Source: an uncultured bacterium (GTDB lineage Bacteria > Planctomycetota > UBA1135 > UBA2386). Taken from it: DNA of 64,000 nt. The position numbers and the translations under genes were made by a program. Location of the stretch: assembly GCA_937952215.1 (NCBI GenBank), contig CALFZH010000042.1:43840-107839 (forward strand), given 5' to 3'. Shown piece after piece: positions 44,817 through 52,755 of this stretch; the stretch's first letter is position 1, and each line of letters starts with the position of its first letter. The notes beneath the pieces are model-generated. The model was not told where the DNA came from, did no database searches, and worked only from the letters and a program-made list of their open reading frames with translations.

Positions 44817-47618
44817 TCATCGCCGCGGGTGCAGGTGGATCTCCGTGATCGCCGCCTTGGCGGCGGCGGCGATCGCGGCGTCGCCGTCCTGCGTCCACTC
44901 GATCAGGAACGGCAGCGCTTCGGGCATGCCGAGCGCGCCGAGCGAACGGATCGCCAGCAGCCGTTGCTCGTTCGGCGCGCCGGGTTTGCCCTGCAGCAGC
45001 AGCTTCTCGGCGGCGGATGCCGGGGACGCGTCCATGCCCTTCAGCACGCGGTCCCAGTGCGCCTGCTGTTCGTGGAAGAAGCGGATGCGCTGCAGTGCGT
45101 CGGCGGCCGCGGTGCGCACGCTCTCGTTGCCGTCGCGCAGCAGATCGATCAACCCCGGCACCGCTTCCTTGTCGACCAGCGCGCCGCAGCCCTTCGCGGC
45201 TTCCTCGCGTACGTCCGCATCCGGATCGCGCAGGAACGTCCGCAGCAGGTCGCCGTGCCCGGCGATGCGACGGTCGCCGATCGAGGCGGCAAGGCTCTCG
45301 CGAACAACGGCGTGGCGGTTGGAGCCATGGCGAGCGGGATCCAGGTTGATGCGGGCATTCTCCAAGGCACGCAGAGCCTCGCTTGCGACGGAAGCGTGCT
45401 CGCTGTCGAGGAGCGCTACGACCCGATCTTGCACATCCGGCAGGTCTCCGGGATTGAGGCGATCCAGCACGGCGACCTGCACGTTTCGCGCTGCTGCGAG
45501 CTGGGTGGCTGTCCAGTCGCGCAGCGCCCCAGTGGGGTTGCCGGCGCGGCGCCGCAGCACCACGTCGATCCACTGCTTGAGAGTGCTGGTCCGCTCGGCC
45601 GAGTTGGCGTGATGGCTGAGCAAGCGAACCAGTTCGCCGAGAACGTGGTCGGGGATCGCATCGACCGAGAACTCGCGCACGTTCCACGCCGCCGCATGCC
45701 ATGGTTTCGCCAGCATCAAGCGCAGCATGCGCAGCACGTCTTCGGTGGCGAACCCGTGCGGCGGATCCGGATTCTCGTAGAGCACGTACTGGCGCGGCGA
45801 CACCGAGGGGCCCGAGGCAGTGGCCCAGGGATGCCGGACCGGCGGGAAGTACGGGAATCGCCCCGCCACGAGATCGAGGGCCTGCTCGTCGTGCATCGCC
45901 AGCAGTGCCAGCATCAGCGCCGATCGTTCCGAGTCGCCGACGTCCTTCTCGATCACCATCTCGCGCATCGCGGCACGGACCGGCTCGCTCGGCGAGCGCT
46001 TCGCGACGCGCGCGAGGAGCCGCGCCATCGCGCTGCCACGCTGCGGGTCGGCGCGCCAGTGCGCGACGATGTGCGACCCTGCATCGGGATGGCCGGTGTT
46101 GGCCATCAGCGTCACGATCACATCCTCGGAGCCTGCTCTCCCCTGCTGTCGGCATTCCTCCTGCCACGCAGCCGCCCGCTGCGCCAAAGGCGCGAACAGC
46201 GCTTCGGGCAGCTCGTCGACCGCGAGCATCGCGTCGAGCAGGGTCGCCCGGTCGGGGAACCTGGTCAGGCGATCGAAGGTGGCGAACACCGCTTCCGCGT
46301 TGGCGGCCGTGACCTTGCCGTAGAGCATCGCCACGGGGCTTCCCGAATGTGGTGGGTGCGGGAGCGCCGGCAACAGCGGCAACAGGTCCGGGACGATCGA
46401 CGCATCGAGCTTCTGCGCGCAGCGCCACATGTGGTCCAGCAGCCAGCCGAAGTTCGAACTGCCGGGATCCAGCGCGCGCGCGGTCGCGAGCAACTGCGGC
46501 CACAGTCGTCGGATGGCGGTCAGATCGTTCTCGCGTCCCTGTTGGCCGAAGAAGACCGACGGTGGCGGCGAATTCCCGTGCATGCCCGCCAGGTGCTTCA
46601 GCAGCAGCTCGACGCCTTCGATCGAGTCTTGCGACACGCGCGAACCGAGGAACGCGAGCGCCACGTGCGCGGCTTCCGGGTCGGTGGACTGCAGCGACTC
46701 GCGCGCGATGCCGTGCAGCTGGGACAGCGGTTCGCGAGGCATCGGCGTCGGACTCTGCGCCAGCAGTCGCAGCACGGTGGCACGAACTCCTCCGGAGCGA
46801 GTCGCGGCCATGCTGACGAGCAGGGCGGGGTCGACGCGATGCCACAGACCGTTGCTGCGGAGCAACTGCGTCACCAGTTGCTCGTCCCGTTCGTCCCGCG
46901 CGAACTGCACCGCGAGCTCGAGCATGGCCGTGGACTTTGCGCTGCCTGCATTCCGGTAGAGTGGTTCGAGGCCATGGGGCGGTGCCGTTCGCACGAGTTC
47001 CCGCAGGTGAGCCGCGGCCTGCTCCCCGCCGACGGCCCACAGGAAGGCTGCGAGGCCCGCGATCGCGTTCGCCCTTTGCGGGTCGTGCTCCCCGGATGCG
47101 AGGGTTCGAGCCAGGGCGGCTGCTACTTCCGGGACCGCGGCGACGCCGATCCACAACAACTGCTCCGCATCCTCGGGCGTCACGCCTGGCAGCGGGCCTT
47201 GCGTCGGCGTGTGGTCCAGTGTCCGCGTCAGGATCCGCTTCACCAGCTCCCGCGCTCTCGCGCGCAGCTCTGCTTCGCGCGCGACGTCCTGGGGCGGCGC
47301 CGTGATGTCGTCGAGCGTCACGGAAGCGCCTTGGCCACCGCCGATCTTCGCCATCACCTGCTTCGCCTCGTCGCGGCGCCCGAGCCGCATCAGCAACTCG
47401 GCGAGCCGGAGCGTCGCCAGTTCGCGCGCGTCCGCCGACAACGTCGTCCCGGCCAGGGCCTCGCGGTAGAGCCGCTCGGCCTTGGCGAGATCCCGCTCCT
47501 GTTCCTCCACGGCGACGATCGGCGCGATCTCCTCCGACGGCTTCTTCTGCTGCGCCACGAGGCCAGACCCGGCAACCGCCAATCCCGCGAACATCGACAC
47601 CAGAACGTGGGTTCTCAT
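44817..47618 (-). CDS. HEAT-repeat protein (secreted or periplasmic)
   Basis: Track ORF 44817..47678. The internal ATG at 47618 gives MRTHVLVSMFAGLAVAGSGLVAQQ (signal). All-helical repeats. The C-terminal units DPDADVREEAAKGCGALVDKEAVPGLIDLLRDGNESVRTAAADALQRI and ...IRSLGALGMPEALPFLIEWTQDGD are typical HEAT/PBS-lyase repeats. Confidence 0.8.
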   Translation of the reverse strand: MRTHVLVSMFAGLAVAGSGLVAQQKKPSEEIAPIVAVEEQERDLAKAERLYREALAGTTLSADARELATLRLAELLMRLGRRDEAKQVMAKIGGGQGASVTLDDITAPPQDVAREAELRARARELVKRILTRTLDHTPTQGPLPGVTPEDAEQLLWIGVAAVPEVAAALARTLASGEHDPQRANAIAGLAAFLWAVGGEQAAAHLRELVRTAPPHGLEPLYRNAGSAKSTAMLELAVQFARDERDEQLVTQLLRSNGLWHRVDPALLVSMAATRSGGVRATVLRLLAQSPTPMPREPLSQLHGIARESLQSTDPEAAHVALAFLGSRVSQDSIEGVELLLKHLAGMHGNSPPPSVFFGQQGRENDLTAIRRLWPQLLATARALDPGSSNFGWLLDHMWRCAQKLDASIVPDLLPLLPALPHPPHSGSPVAMLYGKVTAANAEAVFATFDRLTRFPDRATLLDAMLAVDELPEALFAPLAQRAAAWQEECRQQGRAGSEDVIVTLMANTGHPDAGSHIVAHWRADPQRGSAMARLLARVAKRSPSEPVRAAMREMVIEKDVGDSERSALMLALLAMHDEQALDLVAGRFPYFPPVRHPWATASGPSVSPRQYVLYENPDPPHGFATEDVLRMLRLMLAKPWHAAAWNVREFSVDAIPDHVLGELVRLLSHHANSAERTSTLKQWIDVVLRRRAGNPTGALRDWTATQLAAARNVQVAVLDRLNPGDLPDVQDRVVALLDSEHASVASEALRALENARINLDPARHGSNRHAVVRESLAASIGDRRIAGHGDLLRTFLRDPDADVREEAAKGCGALVDKEAVPGLIDLLRDGNESVRTAAADALQRIRFFHEQQAHWDRVLKGMDASPASAAEKLLLQGKPGAPNEQRLLAIRSLGALGMPEALPFLIEWTQDGDAAIAAAAKAAITEIHLHPRR

Positions 47619-47685
47619 GGCTTCATCAGAGGGACGACCACGCCGCGCCCGGTCCGCGCGTGATGGAATCGCTGTCAAGCAACGG

Positions 47686-48384
47686 TCAAGCCTCCGGCTG
47701 TTCGACCAGCCGGTAGCCGACGCCGTGGACCGTCAGCAGGAACTGCGGCCGTCGGCAGTCGGCCTCGACCTTCTGCCGCAGGTTGAGCATGTGGGTGTCG
47801 ATGGTGCGATCGCCGACGAACGGCGAGCCGCCCCAGACCTCGCGCAAGAACTCGGCGCGCGGCACCGCCCGCCCCGCGCGCTGCCGCAGCAGGCGCAGCA
47901 TCGCCGCTTCCTTCGGCGACAGGGTGTGGGTCGTGCCGCCGCTCACCACCGTGAACGCGGCGAGGTCGACGCGCACCGCACCCAAGGTGAACTGCTCGAT
48001 CAGGGCCGCATCCGGGCGTTCGCGGCGGCGCAGCATCGCCTTCACCCGCGCCAGCAGTTCGCGCAGCGAGAACGGCTTGGTCACGTAGTCGTCGGCGCCG
48101 AGTTCGAGCCCGAGCACCTTGTCGCCCTCTTCGCCGCGCGCGGTCAGCAACAGCACCGGCGTGTCGCCGTCGCGCGCCCGCAGTTCGCGCAGCAGCTCGA
48201 GACCACTCGGCCCCGGCAGCATCACGTCGAGCACCACCAGGTCGAACCGCTGCGCGCGCAGCACCGCCCGCGCCTCGTGGCCGTCCGCCGCCGTGATGAC
48301 GGTGTGGCTCTCGCCGGTCAGCGCATCGTGCAGGCCGATGCGCAGCGTGCGATCGTCTTCGACCAGCAGGATGCGGCCGCTCAC
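47686..48384 (-). CDS. OmpR-family response regulator
   Basis: 3' part of track ORF 47686..49575 from the GTG at 48384: VSGRILLVEDD...DLVVLDVMLPGPSG...LLLTARGEEGDKVLGLELGADDYVTKPF (receiver), then LSPKEAAMLRLL...DRTIDTHMLNLRQKVE...VHGVGYRL (winged helix). Confidence 0.9.
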   Translation of the reverse strand: MSGRILLVEDDRTLRIGLHDALTGESHTVITAADGHEARAVLRAQRFDLVVLDVMLPGPSGLELLRELRARDGDTPVLLLTARGEEGDKVLGLELGADDYVTKPFSLRELLARVKAMLRRRERPDAALIEQFTLGAVRVDLAAFTVVSGGTTHTLSPKEAAMLRLLRQRAGRAVPRAEFLREVWGGSPFVGDRTIDTHMLNLRQKVEADCRRPQFLLTVHGVGYRLVEQPEA

Positions 48385-50141
48385 GTGGTCGTCTCCATGG
48401 GCAGGAAGAACGTGAAGCACACGCCCGGGCCGCCGTCCAGCGGGTCGGTCGCGACCAGGTCGCCGCCGAGCCGGCGTGCGATCGACCGCGCGAGGTAGAG
48501 CCCGATGCCGATGCCGGGCGTGCCGCCGTGCGCGTGCGCCGCGCCGCGCACGAACCGATCGAAGATGCGTTCGCGTTCGGCCGCCGGCACACCGGGCCCA
48601 CGATCGCGGACGTCGATCGCGGCGCGGTCGCCGTCGCGGCGTGTGGTGATCTCGATCGGCCCGCCGGCACCGCCGTACTTGCGCGCGTTGTCGAGCACCG
48701 CGACCAGCGCCTGCACCAGCGCGCTGCGATCGGCGCGCACCATGGCGCCAGCAGCGGCGCCGCGCCGGATGCCGCCGCCCTCGTGCTCGAACACCGGAGC
48801 CAGCATGGCCACGGTCTCGTCGACGACCTCGTCGACGGCGACGCTGCGCAGTTCGTAGGAACGTTCGCCGCGTTCGAGCCGCCCGAGGTCGAGCACGTTC
48901 TCGATCAGCATCGACAGCCGACCGGCCTCGCCGGCGAGCATGCGGTAGTAGTCGGCTTCGCGGCCGCGCGCGCGACCGTCGACGAGCATCTCGCCGAGCA
49001 GCCGGATCGCGGCGAGCGGCGTCTTCAGTTCGTGCGTGACCGTGGTGAGGAACTCCGACTGCGTGCGCACGGCGGCGACTTCGGCGCGCGCGGCCCGCAG
49101 CTGCAGTCGGATCGCACCGACGAACGCGATCACCAGCAGGAGCAGGAGTCCGCCGACCGCCGCTGGCTGCAGCCAGGGCGAGCCGCGCACCGGCATGTCG
49201 ATGCCGGCAACGCCCGGCAGCCCGACGAACGTCGTGTTGGCGGCGTCGGCGAGCGCGAACGACCACGGCAGGGGCAGCTCGGGCAGCGCCGACTCGCGGC
49301 CGGCGGCGGTGATCGCGGCGACGAACTCGGCGGACGTGACGGCGGCGAGATCGTGACCACCTCCATCGCGGGCCTGCCACCACAGCAGCCGCTCGGGGGT
49401 CAGTGGGCGCATGCCAGCTTCCGTGCCAGGGCGGTCGGTTCGCCACGCCGTCGCCAGGGCGACCAGCCGCTCGCGGCGTTGCACGACGGTCTGGTGTTGG
49501 TCGCGCCACGCCGTCGATGCCGGCAGGCTCGCGAACAGGTCCGGCGGCAGGAACGGCGCCAACTGCGCGGCCCACGGCGGTGGGGAGTCCGACGCCACGA
49601 GACGCAGCGTGCCCGCCACGACCCGCGCGAGATCGGGCCGCCTCAGGTCGGCGGGTGCGAGGGCAGCGAGTCGTTCGTCGAGTTCAGTCCGCAGCACGCG
49701 CAGTCGATCCGGGTCGCCGGCGCGCAACGCGTGCCATGCCGCCGCCAGCACGACCTGGCAACGCGTCGCGACCGCCAACGGAGCGGCGAGCAGTTCGTCG
49801 TAGGCCGTACGCGTGGCCGCTGCGTCGCCCGCCACGAATTCGCTGCGCGTCGCCCGCTCGAGTCGATCGGCGACCACGGCGTCGGCATCCACTGCGGACG
49901 GCTCTTGCTGCAGCCAGCCGACGTCGTCGATCTGCAGCGTGCCGTCGCCGAGAGCCACGGCCCGGGTTGCGGCTGGCAGCGTCGCGAAGGCGACGCGCGA
50001 CGCCGGGGCGCGCTGCAGGATGCGCTCCGCGACGGCATGCGCCCGCGCGGCTTCGGCCTCGCGCAGCCCTTCTTCGAGGCGCCCCGATTGCCACAGCAGC
50101 CACGCCAGCACGGCGACGATGCCGCTGCCGGCGAGCAGCAA
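48381..50141 (-). CDS. Sensor histidine kinase
   Basis: Track ORF of 586 aa with a TTG start. N-terminal TM, a ~300-aa periplasmic-like region and a second TM (AAVGGLLLLLVIAFVGAI). H-box FLTTVTHELKTPLAAI, N-box LDNARKYG, G-boxes DRGPGVP and GIGIGLYLAR. The stop overlaps the response-regulator start (GTGA). Confidence 0.9.
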   Translation of the reverse strand: MLLAGSGIVAVLAWLLWQSGRLEEGLREAEAARAHAVAERILQRAPASRVAFATLPAATRAVALGDGTLQIDDVGWLQQEPSAVDADAVVADRLERATRSEFVAGDAAATRTAYDELLAAPLAVATRCQVVLAAAWHALRAGDPDRLRVLRTELDERLAALAPADLRRPDLARVVAGTLRLVASDSPPPWAAQLAPFLPPDLFASLPASTAWRDQHQTVVQRRERLVALATAWRTDRPGTEAGMRPLTPERLLWWQARDGGGHDLAAVTSAEFVAAITAAGRESALPELPLPWSFALADAANTTFVGLPGVAGIDMPVRGSPWLQPAAVGGLLLLLVIAFVGAIRLQLRAARAEVAAVRTQSEFLTTVTHELKTPLAAIRLLGEMLVDGRARGREADYYRMLAGEAGRLSMLIENVLDLGRLERGERSYELRSVAVDEVVDETVAMLAPVFEHEGGGIRRGAAAGAMVRADRSALVQALVAVLDNARKYGGAGGPIEITTRRDGDRAAIDVRDRGPGVPAAERERIFDRFVRGAAHAHGGTPGIGIGLYLARSIARRLGGDLVATDPLDGGPGVCFTFFLPMETTT

Positions 50142-50293
50142 CGGCAGCGGGCGACGCGCGCGAGGAAAGGGGCGGAGCGAGGCGATGGCGACACGCTAGT
50201 CAGGGCCGTCCCGGCCTGGTCAAGAAACGGTCAAGCCGCGGGCGACCTGCACATCGTTGCATCCTGCGCGCGCCCCGCGGGGTGCTACGGTGC

Positions 50294-52651
50294 ATGGCTC
50301 GCATGGCCCCTTCGCCGAGTATCGCCCGCGAACTGGTCGCGCACAGCCAGGCGCTGCGGCGGCTGGCCCGCGACCTCGTCGGCAGCTCCGACGCCGACGA
50401 CCTCGTGCAGGACACGGCTGTGCGCGCGCTGCGTTCGCCGCCGGCGGTCCCGGACGGGCTGTTCGCATGGCTGGGCACGGTCATGCGCCGACTCGCCGCC
50501 AATCGCCGCCGCGGCGACCTCCGGCGGCGCCGGCGCGAGGCGGCGAACGGGCCGGCGGCGAGCGGTCCGGCCGCCGACGAAGAGCCCGCACGCTGCGACC
50601 TCGCGCGCGCCGTCAGCGAGGCAGTGTTCTCGCTGCCGGAGCCGTACCAGACCGCGCTCGTACAGCGCTACTTCCAGGACCTGTCGCCGGCGGCGATCGC
50701 CGCGCGCACGGCGGTGCCGCTGGCGACCGTGAAGAGCCGACTGCAGCGCGGGCTCGAACATCTGCGGGCGACGCTCGCACGCCGCGACGGGCGTGACTGG
50801 CGCCTAGCCCTCGTCCCCGCGATCGGCCTGCCGGGGCGAGGCCAGTGGCTGTGGCCGTTCTCGGTGAGCCTGATGTCCACTTCCGGCAAGGTGATCGTCG
50901 TGGTTGCGGCGTCGGCACTGGCGGCGTTGGCCCTGTGGATGCCGCGCACCGAGCCGCCGCCGCCCGCGATCGCCGCCGACGCAGTCACGGGCAGCGTCGC
51001 CGCCGTCGCGGCCGCGGGCCCCACGCTGCTGCCCGCGCGCGAGGCTGTTGGCGTGGAGGAGTCTGTAGGACTCGCCGAGTTGGCGCAGCCGTTCGCGTTC
51101 GAGCTGCACTGCCGCGTCGTCGACGACAGTGGCTTGGCGATCGGCGGTGCCAAGGTGGCGATCGCGCCGCGCGCCTGTGCGCTCGCGACGTGGCCGGTGG
51201 CGACCGACAACGACGGTCGCGTCGTGCTGGCGTGGCGCGCGCGCGCGCGCCGGCTCGTCATGACCGTGGGGCTCGAACACGGCGGCTCGCGCACGTCGCT
51301 GCAGCGGCTCGAGGTCGCGGCCGGCGAACCCGCGCACGTGCACTTCGTCGCCGGACAGTCGCCGCTGCCGGCCAGCGTGCATGTCGACGAGTCCGGGCGT
51401 CAGGTGGTGTCGATGCCGGACTGCAGCCAGGGGCGCACCGACTGCATGGCCTGCCACGACACGTGGAAGGGCGCCGACCTGTTCGGCGCGTGCGCTGACG
51501 TGCGCGCCGGGCTGCATCCCGACGCGCTGTTCGGCGAACGGGGCCAACCGCTCATGCTCGGGCTCCACGTGAACTCCGCCGGGCCGGAGATGGAGATCGA
51601 GTTCACGGATTCGGTCGCGACCGGAACCAACGAAGCGCGTCGGCCGCAGCGGCACATCAGTGGCCGCGTGTTCGGCGCCGACGGGCGCCCGGTGCCGGGC
51701 GCGCGCCTCGAGATCCACCGCCCGGACTTCTTCGGCGGCGGCACGCGCACGCGGCCGGATGGCAGCTTCCGCTTTGCGTGGCCGGTGCCCGGCGATGGCC
51801 GTGTGTGGGTGCGTGCAGGCGGCGGTCCCGAGGGGCTGGCGACGATGGTGCTCGATGTCGGCGACGACCTGCCGATCCACGGCGACCTGCACCTGCAGAC
51901 GGGGCGCGTGCTGCGCGGCCGCGCGGTCGGCACTGCCGGTCAGGCGCTGAGCGGCGCGCGCGTCGAGTACGTCGCTGCGCCGGGCCAGGACGGCGACGTC
52001 GCGACGGTCGGTCCCGACGGCGCGTTCGCGTTCGCCAACCTGCCGCCGGGGCCTGGGCACCTGCTCTTGTGGGGCGTGCGCGGCGAACGGCTGCCGATCG
52101 CCGAACTCGGGCCGGTGCTGGCGGACGGCAGCGACGTGCTGTTCGACCTGCGCACCGCCGCACCGGTGGACGGCTCGCTGCGGCTCGTCGTGCAGAGCCA
52201 TGACGGCGGCGAGGCCGTCGATGCGGAGGTGTTCGTCTGGCAACTCGCGACGCGCCGCGGCTCGGTGGTCGAGCGTGGCAAGGACGGCGCGTTCCACACG
52301 CACGGCCTCGCCGCCGGCTTCTATCGCATCGAGGTGACAGCACTCGGCGGCGGCGTCCACGATCTCGGCGAGCATTGGCTCGACGGCCGCGGTCTCGTCG
52401 AACTCGCCCCGTTCACGTTCCCCGCGCCGGCGAAGCTCGTCGTCGAGCACGATGGCCTCGAGGTTCTCGAGCTGCTGCAGCCGCGCGCGGACATCGACGT
52501 GCGGGCCCACCTCGTCTCGGGCTTCCGCGGCACGGTGCTGCTGCCGGCGGGGCCTTGGCTGGTGCTCGCCAAGGGGGTCGGTGATGGCGTGCGCCGGGCC
52601 GAGGTCGAGCTTCGCGCCGGGGAGACGGAGGTGTTGCGGTTCGAGCGGTGA
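50294..52651 (+). CDS. ECF sigma factor fused in frame to a TM helix and an extracytoplasmic region with carboxypeptidase-regulatory-like domains and one CXXCH motif
   Basis: Inside track ORF 49403..52651, which has no stop anywhere between the domains. Start at ATG 50294 or 50303. Sigma region 2: DADDLVQDTAVRAL...FAWLGTVMRRLAANRRR. Region 4: LPEPYQTALVQRYFQDLSPAAIAARTAVPLATVKSRLQRGLEHL. TM: GKVIVVVAASALAALALWM. Then CMACH at 51443-51457, and ISGRVFGADGRPVPGARLEI...RPDGSFRF and LRGRAVGTAGQALSGARVEY...GPDGAFAFANL. Confidence 0.8.
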   Translation: MARMAPSPSIARELVAHSQALRRLARDLVGSSDADDLVQDTAVRALRSPPAVPDGLFAWLGTVMRRLAANRRRGDLRRRRREAANGPAASGPAADEEPARCDLARAVSEAVFSLPEPYQTALVQRYFQDLSPAAIAARTAVPLATVKSRLQRGLEHLRATLARRDGRDWRLALVPAIGLPGRGQWLWPFSVSLMSTSGKVIVVVAASALAALALWMPRTEPPPPAIAADAVTGSVAAVAAAGPTLLPAREAVGVEESVGLAELAQPFAFELHCRVVDDSGLAIGGAKVAIAPRACALATWPVATDNDGRVVLAWRARARRLVMTVGLEHGGSRTSLQRLEVAAGEPAHVHFVAGQSPLPASVHVDESGRQVVSMPDCSQGRTDCMACHDTWKGADLFGACADVRAGLHPDALFGERGQPLMLGLHVNSAGPEMEIEFTDSVATGTNEARRPQRHISGRVFGADGRPVPGARLEIHRPDFFGGGTRTRPDGSFRFAWPVPGDGRVWVRAGGGPEGLATMVLDVGDDLPIHGDLHLQTGRVLRGRAVGTAGQALSGARVEYVAAPGQDGDVATVGPDGAFAFANLPPGPGHLLLWGVRGERLPIAELGPVLADGSDVLFDLRTAAPVDGSLRLVVQSHDGGEAVDAEVFVWQLATRRGSVVERGKDGAFHTHGLAAGFYRIEVTALGGGVHDLGEHWLDGRGLVELAPFTFPAPAKLVVEHDGLEVLELLQPRADIDVRAHLVSGFRGTVLLPAGPWLVLAKGVGDGVRRAEVELRAGETEVLRFER

Positions 52652-52755
52652 GCGAGTGCGGCGCTGCCGCCCATCCCGCGACGACGAGTCCCATACGAAG
52701 CGCCGCATCGCAGCCCTACCCCGGACCGGGCAGAGACCGAGTAAGTTGTCCCGCG

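Noticed and set aside
44829-47663. 944-aa plus-strand ORF. The same reasoning covers other long shadow ORFs: 4157..6337(-), 17516..19384(-), 26576..29098(-), 41222..43093(+), 52321..54933(-), 14185..15534(+), 29301..30884(+), 35434..37212(+), 48528..50732(+)
   Set aside because: Each is antisense or out of frame to a gene with clear domain motifs. Each has extreme Arg/Ala/Pro/Gly composition. None contains a recognisable motif.
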